A stretch of 64,000 nt of DNA from the human T2T-CHM13v2.0 reference genome, Homo sapiens: the NCBI RefSeq assembly GCF_009914755.1, contig NC_060938.1; one strand, given 5' to 3'. The position numbers and the translations under genes are program-made. This document shows, in pieces, positions 17,575-36,518 of this stretch; the first letter of the stretch is position 1; every line of letters begins with the position of its first letter. The notes below the pieces were generated by a model, which was given only the letters and a program-made list of their open reading frames with translations, made no database searches and had not been told where the DNA came from.

Positions 17575-18085
17575 CTTGGTGCAGTGGCTCCCATCTGTAA
17601 TCCCAGAACTTTTAGAGGCCAAGGCAGGAGGGTCACTTGAGCCCAGGAGTTGGAAGCCAGCCTAGACAACAGGACAAGAACCTGTCTCCACAAAAAATTA
17701 TTAGGGTGGTGCAAAAAGTAATTGCGGGTTTTGCCATTACTTTCAATGGCAAAACCCGCAATTACTCTTGCACCAACCTGATAAGAAATAAGCTGGGTAT
17801 GGTGGTGGCGTGTACCTGTGGTCTCAGCTATTTGGGAAGTGAAGGCAGTGGTGGGAGGATTGCTTGAGTCCAGGAGTTCCAGACTAGCTGGAGACCCTGT
17901 CTCTATGAGAAAAAAAAAAAAAAATAGCTGGGCCCACGTACCTGTAGCAACTTGGGAGGCAAAGGCAGAGGTGCCAGAATCACTTGAGCCCAGAAGCTCA
18001 AGGCTGCAGGGCACTGTGATTGTGCCACTGCACTCCAGCCTGAGTGATGGAGCATGACCATGACTCCAAATAATAATAATAATTA
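17575..18085 (+). mobile_element. Composite old Alu (AluJ-like with extra monomer) interrupted by MADE1
   Basis: Alu left arm, MADE1, two further Alu-like arms, (AAT)n tail. Confidence 0.8.
17701..17781. mobile_element. MADE1 (Hsmar1-derived MITE), about 80-bp palindrome with TA target duplication
   Basis: ta|ttagggtggtgcaaaaagtaattgcgggttttgccatt...aatggcaaaacccgcaattactcttgcaccaacctga|ta. Confidence 0.95.
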
Positions 18086-18164
18086 CAAAAAGGAAAGACC
18101 TAGAACACCAGGTTAGGGTTAAGTATTCTAAAATTCAGCTGACTTACTCTGTTCACTATAAAGC

Positions 18165-18320
18165 AGGTTGCCACAGAAAATATAGCATGCCCAGTTAATT
18201 TGAAATTTCAGATAAACAAATACTTTTTTCAGTGTAAGTATGTCCCATGCAGTATTTGGGACATGAGTATACTAAAATATTATTCTTTGTTTATCTGAAA
18301 TTGAAATTTAACTGGGTATT
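18165..18320. mobile_element. MER53-like palindromic DNA-transposon relic
   Basis: cccagttaatttgaaatttcagataaacaa ... ttgtttatctgaaattgaaatttaactggg inverted arms. Confidence 0.7.
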
Positions 18321-18826
18321 ATGTAATTATAGCAGACTGACCATAACAGATATGAGCTGAGCAAAATTCTACTTTAAACTTCAAGGTTTATAATAAATGC
18401 ATTATTAATCAAGAACTATTATTTACTGAGACCTGTGTAGATCCCCGTATTTATCTTTTTAAATGTGGAACTAGGAAAGCTACATAAAGAACATTTATAG
18501 AAATAAATGACTGTTCTATAGCTGAAAGGAAAACTCTAGCTTTTATTTTTCTCCCCAAACTTAAGGTTTATTCTACATTTGTATAAACAATAAAATTACA
18601 GCTCAACTTTGGAAGCACAGATCATAATATAAAAATAAAGCAAAGATCCCAGAAACATTTAACAGGCAACAAACCTTTCACATCATCTTACTATATCAAC
18701 TAAACATATAATAACTTAGAATGATCCATTAATTATAAGTAAAGAATAAATTCTTTTATAAAGCATAACTATTAATATTATTGACCATCATAAGAGCAAA
18801 TATTTTAAGTAAAACACCATGAATAC

Positions 18827-19082
18827 TTTACAGAAAGGAGCGAGTTGCAGACACAGTCATTCTTGGATTTCTTTCAACACCAGGCTTTCTTCCCTTTTGA
18901 CCTGAACTGGGAGTTGAATATTTCCTCTCTTTGCCCTCTGACCCTCTAGTCTCTGAAGCATCTTTTGTACTAGAGGTATGTGCAGAGACTTCCTGGAAAT
19001 TTGGATTTGTAAATTGTGCTGTTGTATCTTCTAGGCACTGCAGTGATCCAGATATAGAGCTGTTGCTCTTGCTTGTATAAGT
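18827..19082 (-). pseudogene. MLLT10: Isolated MLLT10 (AF10) coding-exon copy with intronic flanks (MLLT10P-type)
   Basis: Minus strand gives TYTSKSNSSISGSLQCLEDTTAQFTNPNFQEVSAHTSSTKDASETRGSEGKERKYSTPSSGQKGRKPGVERNPRMTVSATRSFL*. This matches recalled AF10 TYTSTSNNSISGSLKRLEDTTARFTNANFQEVSAHTSSGKDVSETRGSEGKG. 256 bp; donor gtattc; acceptor reads AC. Confidence 0.9.
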
Positions 19083-20398
19083 GTAACATTTTGATTCAAA
19101 AAAGGAAGTAAAAGGAAGAGAGTTGATTACATTTGGCTACTGACATTAATAATAATAAATAATAATTTTACTTGTAATATAAACATCTGAAAGTTTTAGT
19201 TCTAAGAATGGGTGTCCACATAAGAGAATTATGTAAAAATAATTAATGTCTATTATAATTACTTTTCTTTAACCAAAGAAAAAGTATAATTTAAAGATGG
19301 CTGTTTAAGGATCAAATTGCAGCCATTGGTAAAAGTAGATATTAGTCATATTTATTAACTGACACACAGTGATACTGAAGGCACTTATTTCTCAAGAAAC
19401 ATTATTTTTTCCCAACAAGAACATACTACATCCTAGACATGAAATGAAAATAAGCTTTAATTTTCACCACAGGAGGGCGACAATCAGAGAACTGAGGTGG
19501 TACAGATCCATTAGAGGACCATATCCATGAGTCCATCACTCTCTACTGTAGGACAGAGCAAGAATTTTTAAAGAATCTCGGTGAAGGCTCCTTTTCAAAA
19601 AAATACAAAGATTAAAGCCTTTGAAACGTAAATTATTTTTTCCAGTTATTACACTGAGGACAAAGTTATAGTTGCAAAGTTAAGATTTTTATAACTATCC
19701 CTAAAATTGATTCTCAGTGACTCCCTTGATCTACATATGTTAAGGAAAAAAGGCAAGATAAAGATGTGTTAAATATTTTCCAGTTTTTAATAATCAGCTT
19801 TAATATAAGGTATACCCAAATCATGGTTAATTAAATGACAATGAAAGAATGTTATAGCAGATGCTCACTTATCAACATGCCTTGAAATTAAAGGTTTATA
19901 AGGTGCATAAGGGCAAAGTTTTTGATGTTGCCATTACATTCACAAAAGTATCTGAGGCGTGTACAGCATGAAGTTCACTAAGTGCTTGCAACATAACCAG
20001 CACTAAATTTTGTTGAATAAATAAATGAATACTTTTGTATAGCATCTGTTCAAAATCTCTGATGTAAAAATGAAAATAATCTGAAAATATGCAAAACTGA
20101 AATTTCCCACATACGGTTGCCAATTCGGACAAACAATAAGATGAATTTCAAAATGAGAACATGACAATAAAATCAAGTTTCAAAATGGCTGGCCTTTTTT
20201 AGCAATACCCATGTTCAAAAAAAGGAATAAGACATCAATTGTTTTGAGAACCAAAATTTCACTGCTGCTTTTCTCACACCCTGTTGTTAACCTAAGCCCC
20301 CATGCTCTTACTGTCAATAACAGATTTTCATCATAAAATACAAGAAACAGGCCGGGTGACTATCAATAGCAGATTTTCATCATCAAATACAAGAAACA

Positions 20399-23883
<3,485 letters not shown>

Positions 23884-24580
23884 ACAGTTAAGAAACAACA
23901 GATGCTGGGAAGGCTGTGGAGAAATAAACACTTTTACACTGTTGGTAGGAATGTTAATTAGTTCAATCATTGTGGAAGACAGTTTGGCAATTCTGCAAGG
24001 ATCTAGAACCAGAAATACCATTTGACCCAGAAATCCCATTACTGGGTATATATCCAAAGGACTATAAATCATTCTATTATAAAGATGCATGCACACATAT
24101 GTTTATAGCAGCACTATTCCCATTAGCAAAAACATGGAATCAATCCAAATGCCCATCAGTGATAGACTGGATAAAGAAAATGTGGTACATACACGCCATG
24201 GAGTACTATGCAGCCATAAAAAGGAATGAGATCATGTCTTTTGCAGGGACATGAATGAATCTAGAAACCATCATCTTCAGCAGACTAATACAGGAACAGA
24301 AGACCAAACACCACATGTTCTCACTCATAAGTGGGAGCTGAATAATGAGAACACCTGGACACAGGGAGGGGAACAACACACACTGGGGCCTGTCATTGGG
24401 GACGGGGAGGAAGAGCATCAGGAAGAGCTAACGCATGTGGGGCTTAATACCTAGGCACCTAGGCTGTGGGTTGATAGGTACAGCAAATCATCATAGTGCA
24501 CGTTTACCTACGTAACAAACCTGCATGTCCTGCACATTTATCCTGGAACTTAAAATAAAATTTTAAAAAATATAAAGAAA
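23884..24580 (+). mobile_element. Older L1PA 3' end (host of the preceding insertion)
   Basis: aacaacagatgctgg...cctggaacttaaaataaa; ORF 23970..24254 is ORF2 C-terminus. Confidence 0.9.
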
Positions 24581-24595
24581 ACAAGAGTACTGAAA

Positions 24596-25000
24596 ATTGG
24601 CTCACAGTTCCACAGCCTGTACAGCAAGCATGATGCTGACATCTGCTCAGCTTCTGGGGAGGCCTCAGCACACTTAACAATCATGGTGAAAGGGAAAGCA
24701 AGAGCAGGAGGAAGAGAGAGGGGGAAGGTCCTACACACTTTAAACAACAAGATCTCATGAGAACTCTATCACAAGAGCAGCGCTAGGGGGATTATGCTTA
24801 ACCAATAGAAACTGCTCCCATGGACCAGCCACCTCGCAGCAGGCCCCATCTCCGACAGTGGGAACCACTGGAGGCTGCTCCCGTGGACCAGCCACCTTCC
24901 AGCAGGCCCCGTCTCCAACACTGGGAACCACTGGAAACTGCTCCCATGGACCAGCCACCTCCCAGCAGGCCCCATCTCCGACACTGGGGATTACATTTCT
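24596..25000 (-). mobile_element. MST-family (ERVL-MaLR) LTR with internal 63-bp x3 tandem
   Basis: ggctcacagttccacag...ctcagcttctggggaggcctcag; units start at 24808, 24871 and 24934. Confidence 0.85.
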
Positions 25001-25862
25001 ATAGAAGTTTCCAATAATTTTGGAACACATATTAATAACATATTTATAAAAATACAGTACAAAGTAGCCCAAACATCATTCACTCTTCTATTTGAAAGTT
25101 TTCCCTCTATTCTAATGTCACAATCTCCAGCGTTATTAATCAGAATCCTGCATTTAAGGGCATCTGTTAAATTTTATAGCTGATTATAAAACCATCATTT
25201 AAAGAGGACCAAAATGAGACAATTGTCTGTGGATGATAAAAACATTAAGGGCAGCCACAGTTAAGGACATGAACAACAGCCTTTAAAGTAGAATTTGTTG
25301 TAGGGCCTATTATGTGGGAGATATTTCTAGTTGTTACCTCTTTTATTCTAAACCATGGAAAAAGGACCTATCAAATAAAGTCCTTCTAGAAGAGTGAAGG
25401 GCTCCTGGCAATGTTCTCTTTAATCCATGCTGTGGGATAAGGGGAGTTTTTACGGATTATGAGGCAATGTATATACCACTAAAGTTTCAACACCCCAAAA
25501 GGAAAAAAAAAGGGGGGAGGGAAGTCCTGGAAGAACCAGATGGAGCCGTAGCAGAAGATGATTTCAATCCACTGACCCCTGAATTGTGGGCTGGTTGTGC
25601 TGCATCGCTCTGTGACTTATGATTCTGCCACAAAAAAGATCTAATTCCCAGGGTTATAGGAAAAGACACCTGTGGTACCCCTGAGGCAGAGAGAAGGGAT
25701 AAATCCAAACCCGACTTAAGTCTAGGGTTCTTAAACCACACAGTCTGCTCACAAGGAGGACCTTAACTCTGAAGATACTGATTTGGGGCTGTTTCAAAGA
25801 AAGAAATTATAAATATGAGTGGGAAAGAGAACAACCTTCGCCATATCCAGTGGCAAAAAAAT

Positions 25863-26360
25863 GAGAGAGAGGGAAGAAAGGAAGGAGGGAAAGAAGGAGA
25901 GAGGGAAGAAAGGAGGGAAGGAAGGAGAGAGGGAAGAAAAGAGGGAAGGAAGGAGAGAGGGAAGGAAGGAAGTAGGGAGGGAGGGAGGAATGGAAGGAAG
26001 GAGAGAGGGAAGGAAGGAATGAAGGAAGGAGAGAGAGAAGGAGGGCAGGAAGGAAGGAAAGGAAGGAGAGAGGGAAGGAAGGAGGGAGGGAGGGAAGGAA
26101 GGAAGGAGAGAGGGAAGTAAGGAGGGAAGGAAGGAATGAAGGAAGGAGAGAGAGAAGGAGGGCAGGAAGGAAGGAAAGGAAGGAGAGAGGGAAGGAAGGA
26201 GGGAGGGAGGGAAGGAAGGAAGGAGAGAGGGAAGTAAGGAGGGAAGGAAGAAAAGGAAAGAGGGAAGGAAGGAGGGAAGGAATGAAGGAAGGAAAGAGGG
26301 AAGGAAGGAAGGAAAGATGGAAGGAAGGAAGGAGGGAAGGAAGGAAGGAAGGGAAGGAAG
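25863..26360 (+). repeat. About 500-bp polypurine (GGAA/GGAG) tract with internal 117-bp duplication
   Basis: Nearly pure A/G. Marker gggcagg at 26043 and 26160; gtaagg at 26117 and 26234. Confidence 0.95.
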
Positions 26361-26864
26361 TTGGATATGCACAAAAACAAAATTTAAATTAGAATTCTAT
26401 CATCTGACCTAATTGGAAATGTACTATTTTCTAAAATAACTTATACAGTCCAAAAGTAAAAGGGTGCTGTTTGGTATTTGTAACTCTCCAGCATATATTC
26501 TAATCAATTTTAACATCTGTTGAAATCTACCAATTGGCATACCTTCACAAACTTAATCAATACTGGAGCTCAAACTTTGTTATACCTGAGATTTCACTAA
26601 ATTTAAACATTGCATCCCCTAATCCTAGCAGAGTAACTGCATATAGAATAGAGGACACATAGTTATGCCTCACATTTGTTACCTTGACTAAATTTCCCGT
26701 AGTCATAGAAGCCTTTGTCCATAGGGGACCTAGATGCTCTGACCCAATGAGTAACAAATTGATATTAAATCATTTGAACTTACACATTGACTTCACCAAA
26801 TGTAACCTTACAGAACTCTCTCTCCTGTTTTTTTTTTTAATTTGATTTATTTTTAATTTTTCAT

Positions 26865-27153
26865 TTTTTTTTTAGAGATGGGGTCTTGCTCCATTACCCA
26901 GGCTGAATGAAGTGCGGTGGCACAATCATAGCTCACTGCTGCCTTGAACTCCTGGGCTCAAGCAATCCTCCCATTTTAGCCTTCCAAATAGCTGGGATTA
27001 CAGGCATGTACCAGCACAGCCAATTTAAAAAATTATAGAAGTGGAGTCTTGCTATGTTGCCTAGGCTGGTCTCTAACTTCTGGCCTCAAGCAATCCTCCT
27101 GCCTCGGGCTCCCAAAGTGCTGGGATTACAGGTGTGAGCCATCGCACCTAGCC
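26865..27153 (-). mobile_element. AluJ
   Basis: Antisense diverged dimer. Confidence 0.88.
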
Positions 27154-27410
27154 TCCCCATCTTGATAAATTATCAAATATGATCCAACATAAATTACAAC
27201 ATGACTTCAAATAAATAAAACTTATTATATAAGACCTAATTAATTAGTGAAGGGGTGATAATCCTCATTGCTTCAATGTTTAGCAGTAGAATTTGGCCTG
27301 TTCTTAAACCTGCAAATAATAAATGATGTTTCACAGTGGATTACTGTAATGTGACTGCAGTGCTCCCATCCATTCAGGCCCTCGTACCCAATGCCTAATA
27401 TTGTGGTTAA

Positions 27411-29955
27411 TTTTTTTTTATTTCAATAGGTTTTTGGGGAATATGATGGTTTTCTTTTTATTTCAATAGGTTTTGGGGAAACAGGTGGTTTTTGGTTACA
27501 GGACTAAGTTGTTCAGTGGCGATTTCTGAGATTTGTGGTGCACCCATCACCCAAGCAGTGTACACTGTACCCATTGTGTAGTGTTTTATCCCTCACTGCA
27601 CCCACCCCACCACTCCCAGCCTTTCTCTGAGTCCCCGAAGACCATTATTTCATTCTTATGCCTTTGCATCCTCATAGCTTAGCTCTCACTTATGAATGAG
27701 AACATACAATGTTTGGTTTTCCATTCCTAAGTTGCTTCACTTAGAATAATGGTGTCCAGTTTCATCCAGGTTGCTGTGAATGCATTATTTCATTCCATCT
27801 TACGGCTGAGTAGTATTCCATGTGGTAAATATTTATACCACATTTTCTTTATCCACTTACTGATTGATGGGCATTTAGGCGGTTTCAAATTCTTCTAACT
27901 GCATATTGTGCTGCTATAAACATGTGTGTGAAAGTATCTTTTTCATATAATGACTTATTTTCCTCTGAGTAGATACCCAGGAGTGGAATTACTGGATCAA
28001 ATGATAGATCTGCTTTTACTTCTTTGGAAATCTCCTCACTGTTTTCCATAGCTGTTGTACTAGTTCACATTCCCTCCAAAAAGTGTAAAAGTGTTCCCTT
28101 TTTAACACATCCATGGCAACATCTATTAGTTTTTGATTTTTTGATTATGACCATTCTTACAGGAGTGAAGGGGTATCATATTGTATTGTGGTTTTGATTT
28201 GCATTTCCCTGATAATTAGTTATGCTGAGCATTTTTTCATGTTTGTTGGCCAGTTGTTTATCTTCTTTTGAGAATTGTCTGTTCATGTCCATAGCCCACT
28301 TTTTGATGGGATGTTTTTCTTCCTGGTTTGTTTGAGTTCCTTGCAGATTCTGGGTGTTAGTTCTTTAATCAGAGGTACAGATTGCGAAGATTTTCTCCCA
28401 CTCTGTAGGTTATCTGTTTACTCTGCTATTTCTCTTACTGCGCAGAAGCCTTTTAGTTTAATTAAGTCTCATCTATTTATCTTTGTTTTAGTTGCATTTG
28501 CTTTTTGGGTTATTGGTCATGAAGTCTTTGCCTAAGCCAGTGTCTAGAAGGTTTTTTCCAATGTCGTCTTCTAGAATTTTTATGGTTTCAGGTATTAGAT
28601 TTAAGTCCTTGACCCATCTTGAGTTGATTTTCGAATAGGGTGAGAAATGAGCATCCACTTTCATTCTTCTATGTGTGGCTTGCCATTTCAGCACCATTTG
28701 TTGAATAGGGTATTCTTTCTCTGCTTTATGTTTTTGTTTGTTTTGTTGAAGATTAGATGACTGTAAGTATTTGGCTTTATTTCTGTGTTCTCTATTATGT
28801 TCCATTGATCTTTATGGCTATTTTTATACCAGTACCATGCTGTTTTGGTGACTATGGCCTTCTAGTATAGTTTGAAGTCGGCTTCTAGATTTGTTATTTT
28901 TGCTTAGTCTTGCTTTGGCTATACAGACTCTTTTTTGGTTCTAGGCTTTTACTACCTTAATGTATTTCCCTTCTATGTCTTTTTTAGTTCCGTGTGAATT
29001 TTTGTAGTTCTGTGAAGACTGATGTTGGTACTTTAATGGGGATTGCATTGAGTTTGTACATTGCTTTTGGCAGTATGGTATTTTCACAATATTGATTTTA
29101 CCCATCCCTGAGCATGGGATATGTTTCCATTTCTTCATATCTATGATTTCTATCAGCAGTGTTTTGTAGTTTTCCTTGTAGAGGTCTTTTGTCTCTTTGG
29201 TTAAGTATTCCAGATATAATTAAGATTTTGTCTGCAAAGATTGCATGCAATTGACAATTATAGGAATATAGTATTATAATTATAGGAATTATAATATTCC
29301 TAAGGTTTTTATTGCAACTATTGTAAAAGGGGGTGAGTTTTTATTTAATTCTCAGCTTGTTCACTATTACTGTATAGCAGAGCCACTGACTTGTGTACGT
29401 TAATTTTTTATCCTGAAACTTTGCTGAATTCACCAGTTCTAGTAGCTTTTGGGATGAGTCTTTAGGGTTTTCTAGGTATACGATCATGTCATCAGCAAAG
29501 AGTGACAGTTCGACTTCCTCTTTACCGATTGGGATGCCCTTTATTTCTCTTATCTGATTGCTCTGGCGAGGACTTCTAGTACTATGTTGAATAGAAGTGG
29601 TGAAAGTTGACATCATTGTCTTGTTCCAGTTCTCAGGGGGAATGCTTTCAACTTTTCCCCATTCCATATAATGTTGGCTGTGTGTTTGTCATATATGGCT
29701 TTTATTACCTTAAGGTATGTCCCTTTGATGTTGATTTTGCTAAGGGTTTTAATCATAAAGGGATTCTGGATTTTGTCAAATGCTTTTTCTATGTCAATTT
29801 TGCTGAAGGTTTTAGGCATAAAGGGATGATAGATTTTGTCAAATCCTTTTTGTGCATGTATTGAGAGGATCATGTGATTTTTGTTTTTAATTCTGTTTAT
29901 ATGGTGTATCACATTTATTGACTTGCAGATGTTTAACCATCCTGCATCCCTGGTT
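27411..29955 (-). mobile_element. L1PB1-like LINE-1, 3' end to RT region
   Basis: 3' end tttcaataggtttttggggaacaggtgg. ORFs 29341..29667 ([13 protein letters not shown]) and 29613..29912. Confidence 0.9.
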
Positions 29956-29985
29956 TCTCTTCAGATCGTATACCTCTTTTGCCTT

Positions 29986-30415
29986 ATGATGGTTAATTTT
30001 ATTTTCCAAGTTGGGTTGCCTAGATATTTGGTTAAACACTCTGGATGTGTCTGTGAGGGTGTTCCTTGATGAGACGAACATTTGAATATGTAGACTTAGT
30101 AAAGTAGTTTCCCTCCCCAGTGTGAGTGGGCCTCATCCAATCCATTAAAACCCAAATAAAACACAAGGGTAGAGGAAGAGAGAATTCACTCTCTTTGATG
30201 ATTTCAGAGCTGAGACGTAGATCTTCTCTCGCCTTTGAAGTCAGACGTGGACTGTAACTTATGCCATCAGCTTTCCTGGTTCTCAGGACTTTAGGCTTGG
30301 ACTGGAACTCCAACATTGGCAGTCCTGGTTCTCCAGCTTGCTGACTGCAGGTCCTGGGACTTCTTAGCCTCCATAACCACATGAGCCAATTCCTTATAAT
30401 AAACCTATATATATT
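29986..30415 (+). mobile_element. MLT2 (ERVL) LTR, older C/D-like subfamily
   Basis: tgatggttaatttt...gtgtctgtgagggtgtt...gtgggcctcatccaatcc...gagccaattccttataataaa. Confidence 0.85.
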
Positions 30416-30429
30416 CATGCAACTGATAA

Positions 30430-32630
<2,201 letters not shown>

Positions 32631-34110
32631 CAATGCATGGGGAATGCATGACATCACCCAAATATTTACGAACACGCTTGTGCTGCCAGAGACCCCAGAT
32701 CACTTTTCCTGCCTCCTGCTAAATAAATGGGGGCAGTAGATTTGCATCGGTTTCCACATTACATTACTCATAACTGTGGCCTTCCTAATTTATCATGTCC
32801 CTAAGCACTTATTACAATGTCTCAGCAGCTTTCTCTCAGCATCTCAAAATATTAGTCATCATGAAAATAAATGTCTGATGTTAAAGCATCAGAGGTCAAT
32901 TGTATTGTGACACCTAAAATTTCATGCAGCACCCCACCATGTTCTCAGCCTAATGGCTTTCATGCCCCCACCAGACTGCAAAGCTCTGAATTAGTCAAGC
33001 ACATCCCTGAAGGGACCAAGGGTTACCCCACCCTCTGATTTCTACCAAGCCTGCCTCCCACACCCTCTGTTCCAGAGTGCAACCCTGGGTAGACCTGCAT
33101 AAATGCAGTGTCATCCCCCTGGCTGAGTATGTGTGACTAGTAAATTACTGGGAATTTCGTCTGCTCAGTGTTTGTTTTGTCTGCAGCCATTCCCAGAATT
33201 CTAGGACAAGACTAGCTTCTTCGCCAATGGGGTGAACAGGAAGGAACCCGAGTAGGAATTGCCTTTTTAAAAAAATCCCTTCCCACCCTCTTAATTAGGT
33301 AATGCATGCATTTTTATAGCTTTTTTGCTCATTCCATTACCTGAGGTCAGCCACTGATATTTAACCCATCCTTAGCCTCGGAGGAGGGCAGAGGAGCACT
33401 GGTCATATTGATTTTGCTAGCGGTGACATGATTTCCTCCTGTGCCACTCAAATTCTCTCCTTCTTTAACTTGATGCTCAGTAGGTTGTGTTTCGCTCGTC
33501 TTTGCAGATTGTTAGGAAGATGAGACTCAGCTTTCATTTTTGATGTTGCCATAAAGAAGACTCCATGGTAATGTTTATTTGCACAATCAACTTTTTCTTT
33601 TCCCCCAGAAATTGCAAATTCTTATGTGAGAGACAGCTTTCTGGAGTCTGCAAACATAGAGTATCGTCTCTCTTTTGATGGTAAATTTATTATATCCCCA
33701 CCATCAATAAAATACTTACATATAATTTTGGCATGTCATATTGATTGCCAACTACACGTAAGAACATTCCTTGATTTTAAATCTAGACTAATTATGAAAA
33801 TTTGGGTAGTCACAAAAAATTATTGTGTACAAATTTATAGACCTTAGGATTAAATGAGTTACTATTAACTAATATTTATTGTGCAGTCAGTGTATGGCAG
33901 AAGCTTACTATGTACTATTTCATTTTATACTTAAAACACTATTCTATGCAAAATGCTATAATTTCACCATGCCTCCAATTTGGACATGATAAAACTCGGT
34001 CACGTAAAGTTTTCACCCCAGAGTTCTCTGCTTAGTAAGAAGTAGAAATAAGTTTAAACCTAAGTTATCTGATTTCAGAGCCCATATAGTTAAATGCTCT
34101 AAATGCAGCT

Positions 34111-35611
34111 TCCCCTAGTGATGGTGACTATGAGAGCCTGTCACATATGATGTAGGACAGTGCTTCCCTCTGTAACATGCACAAAATTCCCGTGATGATG
34201 GTGACTATGACAGCCTGTCAGATACTATGTAGGACAGTGCTTCCCTTTAATATGCACAGGATTCCCTGGATGATGGTGACTATGACAGCCTGTCACATAT
34301 GATGTAGGACAGTGCTTCCCTGTAACATGCAGAGGATTCCCGTGATGACGGTGACTATGAGAGCCTGTCACATATGATGTAGGACAGTGCTTCCCTGTAA
34401 CGTGGGCAAGATTCCCGTGATGATGGTGACTATGAGAGCCTGTCAGATACTATGTAGAACAGTGCTTCCCTGTAACATGCACAAGATTCTTGTGATGATG
34501 CTGACTATTTGAGCCTGTCACATATGATGTAGGACAGTGCTTCCCTGTAACATGCACAAGATTCCCGTGATGATGGTGACTATGACAGCCTGTCATATGT
34601 GATGTAGGACAGTGCTTCCCTTTAACGTGTGCAAGATTCCCGTGATGATGGTGACTATGAGAGCCTGTCAGATACGATGTAGGACAGTGCTTCCCTGTAA
34701 CATGCAGAGGATTCCTGTGATGATGATGACTTTGAGAACCTGTCAGATACTATGTAGGACAGTGCTTCCCTTTAATATGCACAAGATTCCCGTGATGATG
34801 GTGCCTATGACAGCCTGTCACATATGATGTAGGACAGTGCTTCCTCTGTAACACACACAAGATTCCCGTGATGATTGTGACTATGAGTGCCTGTCTGATA
34901 CGATGTAGGACAGTGCTTCCCTGTAACATGCACAAGATTCTCGTGATGATGGTGACTATGAGAGCCTGTCACATATGATGTAGGCCAGTGCTTCCCTGTA
35001 ACGAGTAGAAGATTCTCGTGATGATGGTGACTATGAGAGCCTGTCACATATGATGTAGGACCGTGCTTCCTTGTAACATGCACAAGATTCCCATGTTGAT
35101 GGTGACTATGAGAGCCTGCCACATATGATGTAGGACAATGCTTCCCTGTAACATGCACAGGATTCCCGTGATGATGGTAACTATGAGAGCCTGTCACATA
35201 TGATGTAGGACAATGCTTCCCTGTAACGTGCCCAAGATTCCCGTGATGATGATGACTATGAGAGCCTGTCACATATGATGTAGGACACTGCTTCCTCTGT
35301 AACACACACAAGATTCCCGTGAGAATTGTGACTATGAGAGCATGTCTGATACGATGTAGGACAGTGCTTCCTTGTAACATGCACAAGATTCCCTTGATGA
35401 TGGTGACTATGAGAGCCTGTCACATATGATGTAGGACAGTGCTTCCCTGTAACATGCCCAAGATTCCGGTGATGATGGTGATTATGAGAGCCTGTCAGAT
35501 ACTCTGTAGAACAGTGCTTCCCTGTAACATGCACAAGATTCCCGTGATGATGGTGACTATGACAGCCTGTCAGATACGATGTAGGACATTGCTTCCCTGT
35601 AACATGCACAA
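34111..35611 (+). repeat. Minisatellite, 20 copies of a 75-bp unit
   Basis: Unit gtgatgatggtgactatgagagcctgtcacatatgatgtaggacagtgcttccctgtaacatgcacaagattccc; 20 tgtag(g/a)(a/c)c landmarks counted. Confidence 0.97.
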
Positions 35612-36195
35612 TATTCACCCTGGAATCTTATTAAAATGCAAACTCATAGACCACACTTTGACTAGCTAAGACAAGAGTATTTAAATGGATGTCCAGGTGA
35701 CAGTGCTAAGATCCTACTCTTCATGTGGGCACTGGCTCACCATATTAATGAAGCTTAGGACCTCCAGTCCCTGCTGGAAAAGAAATACAGATACATAGGA
35801 TATGACTGTGCATATGGAATGTCTGTTGTGTTCTCGACATTGTACTAGACACTAGAGATAAAAAGTCAAATATCCCTTGCCTCTTTCTGAAAGGAGCTTC
35901 CTACACAGTGGCTTCTGACTGCAGTGTATATTTTCTCTTCTGTCCTGGGTGGGTGAGCTCTATCTCAATGTTGGTAACTGAACACTGCCCAATGGGTTTG
36001 ATGGGGGAGATCACAGCTAGCTGCGCTCCCACATAGCTATGACCACAGCGTACCTCGTGATGCCATTTCCCCCTTGTCAGAAGCCTCCCTCCAGTATCAT
36101 ACACGCTCCCCATGATTATAAATTCTTCCTCCTTCCACTAAATGTTCCTAAATCTTGCAAAGATAAAAACGTAAACCACATTTTTGTCATATTAG

Positions 36196-36518
<323 letters not shown>

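Noticed and set aside
25763-26380. Pro/Ser/Phe-rich and Glu/Gly/Arg-rich ORFs
   Set aside because: Artefacts of the polypurine tract.
34111-35611. CRISPR-like array
   Set aside because: Contiguous 75-bp units without unique spacers, no cas genes, primate context.
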